Shown piece after piece: positions 9,871 through 20,720 of a stretch of DNA of 20,888 nucleotides. The DNA lies in contig CAXHJY010000896.1 of NCBI GenBank assembly GCA_964016885.1, positions 1-20,888 of the forward strand, written 5' to 3'. Under the pieces are notes generated by a model. It was not told the DNA's origin and made no database searches. It saw only the letters and a list, made by a program, of their open reading frames with translations. The translations under genes were made by a program, and so were the position numbers. This stretch comes from Eledone cirrhosa (Eukaryota). How positions within the stretch are numbered: position 1 is the first letter of the stretch; each line of letters begins with the position of its first letter.

Positions 9871-10324
9871 AGACAACATTTATAACATAACTTACATAAA
9901 TGGTAATCATATAAAATTATGCTGAAAGACTTTATTTAATATATATAGGAAGCCTTACATGTGTGTGGTTCTGTTACGTAGAAGCTGAACCGGTTTGGGG
10001 CGAGGTTTTATATGAAAAAGATTAAAATATCTAAGTGAAGACGAAGGCTTCTAGAATTTCTATGGAAATCTGAATGTAAGAGGGACTGTCAATTGTCACC
10101 TGTTTGTCTCTGTGGCATTGTGGCCACGAAGACACAAAGAAGTGTGGACAGTATTATTTAGTGCTTAGATGTGACATGTCTGAACATATAACATACCTAA
10201 ATTCCTATCAGTATACAGAGAGAGAGAGAGGGGGGGGGGGGGGAGAGAAAAGGAGAAGTTGGAAATAGCACGGAAAATAGATTTAAGGGTCTGTTTTTCT
10301 TTTTTGATTCGTCAAAGTGACAAC

Positions 10325-10435
10325 AATCCCGCCGAGGTTAACTTTGGCTTTCATCCTTGTGGGGTCGATAAAATAAAGTACCAGTAATCTACTGGGTAAT
10401 TGCTGGCCTTGTGCTAATAGTAGAAACAGTTATTG
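10325..10435 (+). mobile_element. SINE family 1, 5'-truncated copy
   Basis: AATCCCGCCGAGGTTAACTTTGGCTTTCATCCTTGTGGGGTCGATAAAATAAAGTACCAG...GCTGGCCTTGTGC. Confidence 0.8.
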
Positions 10436-10495
10436 AAAAGACAACATTATTGAAAAAATGAGAGGGAGAATTCTTTTTAAAAAATGTTTTATAAT

Positions 10496-10796
10496 GTATA
10501 TAAAATATATAAAGTATATAAAATATATAAAGTATATAAAATATATAAAGTATATAAAATATATAAAGTATATAAAATATATAAAGTATATAAAATATAT
10601 AAAGTATATAAAATATATAAAGTATATAAAATATATAAAGTATATAAAGTATATAAAGTATATAAAATATATAAAATATATAAAGTATATAAAATATATA
10701 AAGTATATAAAGTATATAAAATATATAAAGTATATAAAATATATAAAATATATAAAGTATATAAAGTATATAAAATATATAAAATATATAAAGTAT
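10496..10796. repeat. 9-bp minisatellite (TATAAAATA/TATAAAGTA), about 33 units
   Basis: Directly visible. The two variants alternate strictly in the left part and irregularly in the right part. Confidence 0.95.
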
Positions 10797-10869
10797 TACC
10801 GGTTTCGATGTAATTCATCAAATGTTGAGTATTGAAATAAAAATGAAAAAGAATTAATAGGAGTTAAAA

Positions 10870-10928
10870 ACTAAAAATTAAGGATTTAAAGTTAAAATGA
10901 TTTTAACTTTAAATCCTTAATTTTTAGT
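10870..10928. repeat. Perfect palindrome with 29-bp arms and 1-nt centre
   Basis: ACTAAAAATTAAGGATTTAAAGTTAAAAT-G-ATTTTAACTTTAAATCCTTAATTTTTAGT. Confidence 0.95.
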
Positions 10929-11054
10929 GTGGTAAGGAACCAGGTGGACCATAACGCACCAGAGTACTGGATACTTGGGGTAGTAGAGTGGGTAATAGGA
11001 AAAGAGTAGCTGTTGAAACGGCCGGAGCTCAGCCGTCGGGGTCCTCACTCTTTT

Positions 11055-11057
<3 letters not shown>
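10928..11057 (-). mobile_element. Foldback family A, inverted copy missing most of one arm
   Basis: Reverse complement of the family A tail, then the distal arm GAAACGGCCGGAGCTCAGCCGTCGGGGTCCT, ending in (TA)n. Confidence 0.8.
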
Positions 11058-11117
<60 letters not shown>

Positions 11118-11161
11118 AGAGAGTAGTGTGATGGTGTAGCTTCGGTGATGGTATTTTCACC

Positions 11162-11462
11162 TGTAGTATTGTACAGAGGGAGAGGGGGGGGAGAAACCTA
11201 TTGGATTTCTGTCCCATTGTGTGGAGAGTGGGGAAAGCAGAGACACCTATCGGATGTTTGTCCCATTGTGTGGAGAGTGGGGAAAGCAGAGACACCTATC
11301 GGATGTTTGTCCCATTGTGTGGAGAGTGGGGAAAGCAGAGACACCTATCGGATGTTTGTCCCATTGTGTGGAGAGTGGGGAAAGCAGAGACACCTATCGG
11401 ATGTTTGTCCCATTGTGTGGAGAGTGGGGAAAGCAGAGACACCTATCGGATGTTTGTCCCAT
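11162..11462. repeat. 49-bp minisatellite, 5 identical units plus a diverged leading unit
   Basis: Unit GTCCCATTGTGTGGAGAGTGGGGAAAGCAGAGACACCTATCGGATGTTT starts at 11211, 11260, 11309, 11358 and 11407, with a partial at 11456. Confidence 0.95.
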
Positions 11463-11564
11463 CGAGAAGCTCGGCAGTCTTCCAATAAACATTGTCACTT
11501 TTCTAGAAAATATCTCCTGGCTTTCAGCTTATCACGGTCTATGTCCATCTGTCAATTGGTGTGA

Positions 11565-12140
<576 letters not shown>

Positions 12141-12143
<3 letters not shown>

Positions 12144-12243
12144 ATTGTTTCAACTTTTGGCACAAGGCCAGCAAATAGCCAGTGTATTACTGGTACTTTA
12201 TATTATCGACCCCGTAAGGATGAAAGGCAAAGTTGACCTCGAC
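12141..12243 (-). mobile_element. SINE family 1, 5'-truncated copy
   Basis: Reverse complement of the body and tail, near-identical to 19271-19365. Confidence 0.8.
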
Positions 12244-12520
<277 letters not shown>

Positions 12521-12569
12521 CTATCCAATTATAAAACATATCATATATCAACATAGATATAATATATAC

Positions 12570-12760
12570 CTGTTATCTTATTGTTTGCGCCATTTTAATT
12601 ACAATTCACTTCCGTTTCATTTCCGTTCATTTCCGTTTATGGAGTCTGACTGTCACCGTCTATTAACAGTCATATTAGTGTCACGTGACTGAAACCTATT
12701 CCTAAACCGAACTTCAAACGTTTTTCCACCGACTGATCGAAACCAATAAGCGCCACAGTC
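12570..12760 (-). promoter_or_regulatory. Promoter-like island with possible non-coding first exon
   Basis: YY1-like CGCCATTTT (12588-12596), three ETS-like (A)YTTCCG sites (12608-12635), palindromic E-box GTCACGTGAC (12680-12689), CCAAT (12743-12747) and a minus-strand donor CAG|GTATAT after 12570. Confidence 0.5.
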
Positions 12761-12790
12761 ATACTATGTCTTATTATGTAATACAATAAA

Positions 12791-13003
12791 GGTCGATGCA
12801 CTGACAAAGTCGGTGGAGCGCCAGAACGAATACTTTGTGGTATTTGTCTTAGCTACTTGCCTGCGATCAGAGTTCAAATCTCACCAAGGCTAACTTTGCT
12901 TTTAATCCTTCTGTGATCGATAAAATAAAGTACCAGTTATATATCAGCGAGGATATAATCGGCTCTCCCCTCCCCCAAATTATTGGCCTTGTGCCAGTGT
13001 TAG

Positions 13004-13006
<3 letters not shown>
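12791..13006 (+). mobile_element. SINE family 1, near full-length diverged copy
   Basis: A-box-like TGACAAAGTCGG, B-box GAGTTCAAATCTC, body TTAATCCTTCTGTGATCGATAAAATAAAGTACCAG and tail TGGCCTTGTGCC. Confidence 0.75.
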
Positions 13007-13052
<46 letters not shown>

Positions 13053-13107
13053 GTGTGTGTGTGTGAAAGGAAATAGGATTTCGCTTCAAGCATAGCTTTA
13101 TACAATA

Positions 13108-13417
13108 TGTATAAATATTTCGTATCTCCAAAGAAATACGGTTTTAGGAAGCCGTAGCTATGCAAACTACCGGGGGGGCTAACTCCCTCTGGTGATGTCC
13201 AGCAAAAGCAAGGGAGACAACCGTCTATGTATTTCAGGCTTAACTGGTCATCATCAGGACGGTCCCCCCCCCCCCACCGCTTGCGACTGTGAAATCCATA
13301 GGCGGTTGTTCCCCCTTGCTTCTGCTGGACATCACCAGAGGGCGTTAGCACCCCGGTGTTTGCATAGCTACGGCTTCCTAAAACCGTATTTCTTTGGAGA
13401 TACGAAATATTTATACA
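13108..13417. mobile_element. Foldback element with ~128-bp inverted arms, built from two head-to-head hammerhead units
   Basis: Arms at 13108-13236 and 13290-13417, with the outer ~55 bp essentially perfect. The spacer holds the hammerhead cores and a poly-C run. One-sided tail 13066-13107, flanked by microsatellites. Confidence 0.88.
13219..13264 (-). ncRNA. Minimal type-I hammerhead ribozyme motif with decayed stem II
   Basis: Minus strand reads GACCGUC (stem I)-CUGAUGA (13257-13251)-UGACCAGUUAAGCCU-GAAA (13235-13232)-UACA-UA-GACGGUU (stem I'). Stem I is 7 bp and the core is intact, but stem II pairs poorly. Confidence 0.65.
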
Positions 13418-13519
13418 CACACACACATATATATATAGATATATATATGTATATATATATATATAGTAATGAGATGACTGACTGTATTTGGGAAACAATG
13501 CAGAGCTACATAGTAAAGC

Positions 13520-13521
<2 letters not shown>

Positions 13522-13559
<38 letters not shown>

Positions 13560-13676
13560 CAACAGTAGTGGTAGTGGTGGTAGTATGTTGGTATATAATA
13601 AAGTCTTTTGATAATACTCCTGTGTTCAACTTCCTTGTTTCGGTAGTAGTAGTGGTAGTGGTGGTATGTTGTGTTG

Positions 13677-13710
<34 letters not shown>

Positions 13711-16700
13711 CAGCAGTAGTGTAGTAGTGTAGTATGTTATGTTGGGTTGGTAGTAGTAGTAGTAGCAACAGTAGTGGTGGTAGTATGCTGGTATATAATA
13801 CAGTCTGTTGATAACACAGCACTGTTCAACTTCCTTGTTTTGGTAGTGGTAGTGGTAGTGGTGGTATGTTGTGTTGGTAGTAGTAGTAGTAGTAGCAACA
13901 GTAGTAGTAGCAACAGTAGTAGTAGCAACAGTAGTAGTAGCAACAGTAGTAGTAGTAGTAGTAGCAACAGTAGTGGTAGTAGTAGCAACAGTGGTGGTAG
14001 TAGTATGCTGGTATATAAGACAGTCTGTTGATAACACTGCACTGTTCAACTTCCTTGTTTTGGTAGTGGTAGTGGTAGTGGTGGTATGTTGTGTTGGTAG
14101 TAGTAGTAGTAGTAGCAACAGTAGTAGTAGTAGTAGCAACAGTAGTGGTGGTAGTATGCTGGTATATAAGACAGTCTGTTGATAACACTGCACTGTTCAA
14201 CTTCCTTGTTTTGGTAGTGGTAGTGGTAGTGGTGGTATGTTGTGTTGGTAGTAGTAGTAGTAGTAGCAACAGTAGTAGTAGTAGTAGCAACAGTGGTGGT
14301 GGTAGTAGCAACAGTAGTGGTAGTAGTATGCTGGTATATAAGACAGTCTGTTGATAACACTGCACTGTTCAACTTCCTTGTTTTGGTAGTGGTAGTGGTA
14401 GTGGTGGTATGTTGTGTTGGTAGTAGTAGTAGTAGTAGCAACAGTAGTAGTAGTAGTAGCAACAGTGGTGGTGGTAGTAGCAACAGTAGTGGTAGTAGTA
14501 TGCTGGTATATAAGACAGTCTGTTGATAACACTGCACTGTTCAACTTCCTTGTTTTGGTAGTGGTAGTGGTAGTGGTGGTATGTTGTGTTGGTAGTAGTA
14601 GTAGTAGTAGCAACAGTAGTAGTAGTAGTAGCAACAGTGGTGGTGGTAGTAGCAACAGTAGTGGTAGTAGTATGCTGGTATATAAGACAGTCTGTTGATA
14701 ACACTGCACTGTTCAACTTCCTTGTTTTGGTAGTGGTAGTGGTAGTGGTGGTATGTTGTGTTGGTAGTAGTAGTAGTAGTAGCAACAGTAGTAGTAGTAG
14801 TAGCAACAGTGGTGGTGGTAGTAGCAACAGTAGTGGTAGTAGTATGCTGGTATATAAGACAGTCTGTTGATAACACTGCACTGTTCAACTTCCTTGTTTT
14901 GGTAGTGGTAGTGGTAGTGGTGGTATGTTGTGTTGGTAGTAGTAGTAGTAGTAGCAACAGTAGTAGTAGTAGTAGCAACAGTGGTGGTGGTAGTAGCAAC
15001 AGTAGTGGTAGTAGTATGCTGGTATATAAGACAGTCTGTTGATAACACTGCACTGTTCAACTTCCTTGTTTTGGTAGTGGTAGTGGTAGTGGTGGTATGT
15101 TGTGTTGGTAGTAGTAGTAGTAGTAGCAACAGTAGTAGTAGTAGTAGCAACAGTGGTGGTGGTAGTAGCAACAGTAGTGGTAGTAGTATGCTGGTATATA
15201 AGACAGTCTGTTGATAACACTGCACTGTTCAACTTCCTTGTTTTGGTAGTGGTAGTGGTAGTGGTGGTATGTTGTGTTGGTAGTAGTAGTAGTAGTAGCA
15301 ACAGTAGTAGTAGTGGTAGTAGTAGCAACAGTAGTAGTAGTAGTAGCAACAGTAGTGGTAGTAGTAGCAACAGTAGTGGTAGTAGTATGCTGGTATATAA
15401 GACAGTCTGTTGATAACACTGCACTGTTCAACTTCCTTGTTTTGGTAGTGGTAGTGGTAGTGGTGGTATGTTGTGTTGGTAGTAGTAGTAGTAGTAGCAA
15501 CAGTAGTAGTAGTGGTAGTAGTAGCAACAGTAGTAGTAGTAGTAGCAACAGTAGTGGTAGTAGTAGCAACAGTAGTGGTGGTAGTATGCTGGTATATAAG
15601 ACAGTCTGTTGATAACACTGCACTGTTCAACTTCCTTGTTTTGGTAGTGGTAGTGGTAGTGGTGTGTTGTGTTGGTAGTAGTAGTAGTAGTAGCAACAGT
15701 AGTAGTAGTGGTAGTAGTAGCAACAGTAGTAGTAGTAGTAGCAACAGTAGTGGTAGTAGTAGCAACAGTAGTGGTAGTAGTATGCTGGTATATAAGACAG
15801 TCTGTTGATAACACTGCACTGTTCAACTTCCTTGTTTTGGTAGTGGTAGTGGTAGTGGTGGTATGTTGTGTTGGTAGTAGTAGTAGTAGTAGCAACAGTA
15901 GTAGTAGTAGTAGCAACAGTGGTGGTGGTAGTAGCAACAGTAGTGGTAGTAGTATGCTGGTATATAAGACAGTCTGTTGATAACACTGCACTGTTCAACT
16001 TCCTTGTTTTGGTAGTGGTAGTGGTAGTGGTGGTATGTTGTGTTGGTAGTAGTAGTAGTAGTAGCAACAGTAGTAGTAGTGGTAGTAGTAGCAACAGTAG
16101 TAGTAGTAGTAGCAACAGTAGTGGTAGTAGTAGCAACAGTAGTGGTAGTAGTATGCTGGTATATAAGACAGTCTGTTGATAACACTGCACTGTTCAACTT
16201 CCTTGTTTTGGTAGTGGTAGTGGTAGTGGTGGTATGTTGTGTTGGTAGTAGTAGTAGTAGTAGCAACAGTAGTAGTAGTGGTAGTAGTAGCAACAGTAGT
16301 AGTAGTAGTAGCAACAGTAGTGGTAGTAGTAGCAACAGTAGTGGTAGTAGTATGCTGGTATATAAGACAGTCTGTTGATAACACTGCACTGTTCAACTTC
16401 CTTGTTTTGGTAGTGGTAGTGGTAGTGGTGGTATGTTGTGTTGGTAGTAGTAGTAGTAGTAGCAACAGTAGTAGTAGTGGTAGTAGTAGCAACAGTAGTA
16501 GTAGTAGTAGCAACAGTAGTGGTAGTAGTAGCAACAGTAGTGGTGGTAGTATGCTGGTATATAAGACAGTCTGTTGATAACACTGCACTGTTCAACTTCC
16601 TTGTTTTGGTAGTGGTAGTGGTAGTGGTGGTATGTTGTGTTGGTAGTAGTAGTAGTAGTAGCAACAGTAGTAGTAGTGGTAGTAGTAGCAACAGTAGTAG

Positions 16701-17991
16701 TAGTAGTAGCAACAGTAGTGGTAGTAGTAGCAACAGTAGTGGTAGTAGTATGCTGGTATATAAGACAGTCTGTTGATAACACTGCACTGTTCAACTTCCT
16801 TGTTTTGGTAGTGGTAGTGGTAGTGGTGGTATGTTGTGTTGGTAGTAGTAGTAGTAGTAGCAACAGTAGTAGTAGTAGTAGCAACAGTGGTGGTGGTAGT
16901 AGCAACAGTAGTGGTAGTAGTATGCTGGTATATAAGACAGTCTGTTGATAACACTGCACTGTTCAACTTCCTTGTTTTGGTAGTGGTAGTGGTAGTGGTG
17001 GTATGTTGTGTTGGTAGTAGTAGTAGTAGTAGCAACAGTAGTAGTAGTGGTAGTAGTAGCAACAGTAGTAGTAGTAGTAGCAACAGTAGTGGTAGTAGTA
17101 GCAACAGTAGTGGTAGTAGTATGCTGGTATATAAGACAGTCTGTTGATAACACTGCACTGTTCAACTTCCTTGTTTTGGTAGTGGTAGTGGTAGTGGTGG
17201 TATGTTGTGTTGGTAGTAGTAGTAGTAGTAGCAACAGTAGTAGTAGTGGTAGTAGTAGCAACAGTAGTAGTAGTAGTAGCAACAGTAGTGGTAGTAGTAG
17301 CAACAGTAGTGGTGGTAGTATGCTGGTATATAAGACAGTCTGTTGATAACACTGCACTGTTCAACTTCCTTGTTTTGGTAGTGGTAGTGGTAGTGGTGGT
17401 ATGTTGTGTTGGTAGTAGTAGTAGTAGTAGCAACAGTAGTAGTAGTGGTAGTAGTAGCAACAGTAGTAGTAGTAGTAGTAGCAACAGTAGTGGTAGTAGT
17501 AGCAACAGTGGTGGTAGTAGTATGCTGGTATATAAGACAGTCTGTTGATAACACTGCACTGTTCAACTTCCTTGTTTTGGTAGTGGTAGTGGTAGTGGTG
17601 GTATGTTGTGTTGGTAGTAAGTAGTAGTAGTAGCAACAGTAGTAGTAGTGGTAGTAGTAGCAACAGTAGTAGTAGTAGTAGTAGTAGCAACAGTAGTGGT
17701 AGTAGTAGCAACAGTAGTGGTAGTAGTATGCTGGTATATAAGACAGTCTGTTGATAACACTGCACTGTTCAACTTCCTTGTTTTGGTAGTGGTAGTGGTA
17801 GTGGTGGTATGTTGTGTTGGTAGTAGTAGTAGTAGTAGCAACAGTAGTAGTAGTGGTAGTAGTAGCAACAGTAGTAGTAGTAGTAGTAGTAGCAACAGTA
17901 GTGGTAGTAGTAGCAACAGTAGTGGTAGTAGTATGCTGGTATATAAGACAGTCTGTTGATAACACTGCACTGTTCAACTTCCTTGTTTTGG
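13522..17991. repeat. Composite satellite: 24 copies of a ~55-bp core separated by variable (TAG/TGG)n-GCAACA tracts
   Basis: Core TATGCTGGTATATAAGACAGTCTGTTGATAACACTGCACTGTTCAACTTCCTTGTTTTGG. Unit lengths are 151-220 bp, mostly 172 and 199, and the two left-most cores are diverged. Confidence 0.97.
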
Positions 17992-18104
17992 TCTAAAGTG
18001 ACTTTCTTTGGCGGATTTCGGTTTTAGTTTCTCTTACAGCTGATCATATTGTTACTTTCTCTTTTATTGATTACCTTTCTACAAAATATATCGATCTATC
18101 GATC

Positions 18105-18188
18105 ACGACCACGATAATGGCGGTGATAATGATGATAATGATGACGACGACTACGACGATGACATTGATGATGATGATGACGATAATA

Positions 18189-18220
<32 letters not shown>

Positions 18221-18255
18221 ACTAACGGCGCTGACAATGATGATGGTGATGGTGG

Positions 18256-18286
<31 letters not shown>

Positions 18287-18325
18287 GACGATGATGATGA
18301 TACTTAACGACGACTACGATGATAA
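18105..18325. repeat. (GAT)n microsatellite
   Basis: Directly visible. Confidence 0.93.
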
Positions 18326-18409
18326 AGACCTCGTACAATGCAAAAGTGAAATATACAGCCTTAATATTTTCCATTGTATTCAAAGAATGACGAGAAATCA
18401 CGTGATTTG

Positions 18410-18485
18410 TTATTACTATTACTATTATTATTATTATTACTATTATTATTATTATTATTACTATTATTATTATTATTATTACTAC
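18410..18485. repeat. (TAT)n microsatellite
   Basis: Directly visible. Confidence 0.95.
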
Positions 18486-18572
18486 GGATCGATCAATCAA
18501 TCTTGACTTTGAATCTTCTACTTAGAAAAGCAGCGTCTTACATTTTCCGGGATGAGGTACTTTGTATGTGTC

Positions 18573-18574
<2 letters not shown>

Positions 18575-18647
<73 letters not shown>

Positions 18648-18736
18648 GTATATATATGTGTGTGTGTGTGTACATATATATGTATATGTGTGTATATATG
18701 TATATGTGTGTATATATATATATATGTATATGTGTG

Positions 18737-18779
<43 letters not shown>

Positions 18780-18889
18780 ATATATGTGTGTGTCTATGTA
18801 GGTGTGTGTGCGTACATATGTGTGTGTATATATATATATACATATACACATATATATATATATATACACATATATATATATATACACAC

Positions 18890-18920
<31 letters not shown>

Positions 18921-19120
18921 TATACACATATATATATATATATACACATATATATATATATATATGTGTGTGTGCGTGCGTCTATGTATTTGTGAGTACA
19001 TGGGTATGTATATGTAAGTGAAAATATATATATATAGAGGGAGGGAGGGAAGGGGGGAGAGGGAGCGAGGGAGAGGGAGAGAGAGAGAGGGAGAGAGAGA
19101 GAGGGAGAGAGAGAGAGGGC
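18575..19120. repeat. (TA)n/(TG)n/(GA)n microsatellites
   Basis: Directly visible. Confidence 0.93.
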
Positions 19121-19270
19121 AATGATAGATTCTGAGGACATTTGAATTCTTCACAACACGTTCGAGTGTGTGTGTGTGTGTGTGTAAATAAAAGCCCGAC
19201 ATAATATGACACCTACACGCACACATACATATATGTATGTATATATATACACATACACACAGATACATAT

Positions 19271-19365
19271 ATAATTGTTTCTACTTTTGGCACAAGGCCA
19301 GCAATTATCCCAGTGCATTACTGGTACTTTATTTTATCGACCCCGTAAGGATGAAAGGCAAAGTT
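19271..19365 (-). mobile_element. SINE family 1, 5'-truncated copy
   Basis: Near-identical to 12141-12235. Confidence 0.8.
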
Positions 19366-19580
19366 CACACACATATATATATATAATACAGACAGACATA
19401 TATATAATACACATACACACACACATATATATATAATACAGACAGACATATATATAATACACATACACACACACATATATATATAATACAGACAGACATA
19501 TATATAATACACATACACACACACATATATATATAATACAGACAGACATATATATATATAATACACATACACACACATGT
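19366..19580. repeat. 50-bp minisatellite built from CA/TA repeats, about 4 units
   Basis: CAGACAGAC recurs at 19389, 19439, 19489 and 19539. Confidence 0.9.
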
Positions 19581-19584
19581 ATAT

Positions 19585-19746
19585 CTGGATTGTTAGACCA
19601 TTATTCATAAGAGAACTCAATACTTTGGATAGTAGAGTATGCCGGGGCCCGACGGCTGAGCTCTTGCCGTTTCAATAATCTGATTCCAGGCTAGAACTTG
19701 CTGTTGAAACAGTAACAGCTCAACCAACGGGCCCCGGGTCTTTCTA
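19585..19746 (-). mobile_element. Foldback family A, old diverged copy
   Basis: Tail ACTCAATACTTTGGATAGTAGAGT and arm CCGACGGCTGAGCTC..GCCGTTTC match family A, with imperfect inverted arms at 19642-19675 and 19704-19737. Confidence 0.7.
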
Positions 19747-19782
<36 letters not shown>

Positions 19783-19920
19783 AGGCGTGTGGCTGATAGA
19801 AAATTGGATTCACAATCGTGAGGTCGTGAGTTCGATTCCCGAATCGGGCGATGCGTTATGTCCTTGAGTAAGGCACTTTATTTCACGTTGCTCCTTCTAC
19901 CTGGAGTTGCGACCGATAGA
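19783..19920 (+). mobile_element. tRNA-derived SINE family 2 (CORE-like body), 3'-truncated
   Basis: B-box GAGTTCGATTCCC (19828-19840) and GTCCTTGAGTAAGGCACTTTATTTCAC body, homologous to the inverted copy at 20574-20718. Confidence 0.8.
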
Positions 19921-19930
19921 TATATATATA

Positions 19931-20122
19931 TCGACAGTCGATCGACTTTCGAAAAATCAGTGATGCATCTGGACTCAGTTTATTGCGTGTTACAATTGTT
20001 TCGCCGTCAGGTTGCTCCGAACGAACTACCCGTGTCTGAAGGAACCTGCAGCCGTAGAATCAGCCAGATCCATGCAGTGATCATGTCTCGAGCTACCTGT
20101 CGGCGAAACACTTGTAACACGC
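19931..20122. mobile_element. Foldback element with hammerhead-like remnants
   Basis: Arms at 19985-20017 and 20090-20122 (30 of 33 complementary). Plus strand has CGUGU-CUGAAGG (20036-20042)...C-GAAA (20105-20108)-CACUUG-UA-ACACG, and the mirror arm has GAAA-CAAUUG-UA. Confidence 0.65.
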
Positions 20123-20240
20123 CACTACCACTACATCACCACCACTACACCACACCACTACATCGACCACCACCCACACCACCACCGCCACACCACCACC
20201 ACCAGTACACCACCACCCCACCACCACCACTACACCATCT
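20123..20240. repeat. (CAC)n low-complexity repeat
   Basis: Directly visible. Confidence 0.9.
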
Positions 20241-20509
20241 ACTGTCATTACATCAACACACTTAACTCATTACCAATGTTATGAATTAATAAATGTGTTG
20301 TTGTTTCTTAATGGAAAGTTGACCTGGCTTTCTGAAGGTTGCGAGGAAGAGGAAGGGGGAGGAGGGATGGGGGGGGGGGGCTGTGTATAGTGTGTGTGTA
20401 TATATATATTATATATGTACGTGTGTGTATGTGTGTATATATATATATGTTTGTGCGAGTGTATGTACATATATATGTATGTGTATATATGTGTGTGTAT
20501 ATATGTATA

Positions 20510-20718
20510 AAAAACTTTCGTCAAATCGGACCGAGGAAACAATGTTTCCGTTGGTCTTTCCAGTTGCTAATACTATCTATGGGTCGCAACTCCATGTAGA
20601 AGGAGCAATGTGAAATAAAGTGTCTTGCTCAAGGACATAACGCATCGCTCTATCCGGGAATCGAACTCACAACCTCAAGATTGCGAATCCAGTTCTCTAA
20701 CCACTCAGCCACGCGCCT
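20510..20718 (-). mobile_element. tRNA-derived SINE family 2
   Basis: Minus strand has A-box TGGCTGAGTGG, B-box GAGTTCGATTCCC and body GTCCTTGAGCAAGACACTTTATTTCAC. The 3' boundary is uncertain. Confidence 0.8.
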
Positions 20719-20720
20719 TC

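Noticed and set aside
14020-14050. CTGTTGA in the satellite core resembling a hammerhead CUGAUGA
   Set aside because: A6 is substituted, and no GAAA or stem I partner follows.
13522-17991. CRISPR-like appearance (constant repeat with variable spacers)
   Set aside because: Spacers are near-identical microsatellite tracts rather than unique sequences, the core is too long, there are no cas genes, and the context is eukaryotic.
13737-17996. Many overlapping 90-270 aa ORFs (poly-T/L/Y/V/S)
   Set aside because: They are translations of the satellite, and unit lengths shift frame at each copy.
18395-18560. AAATCACGTGATTT palindrome and possible micro-exon ending GAG|GTACTT
   Set aside because: Single short motifs with no supporting context.
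19783-19850. tRNA gene candidates (A/B boxes; also 20650-20718)
   Set aside because: No complete cloverleaf, and the sequence continues into a shared SINE body, so these are SINE heads.
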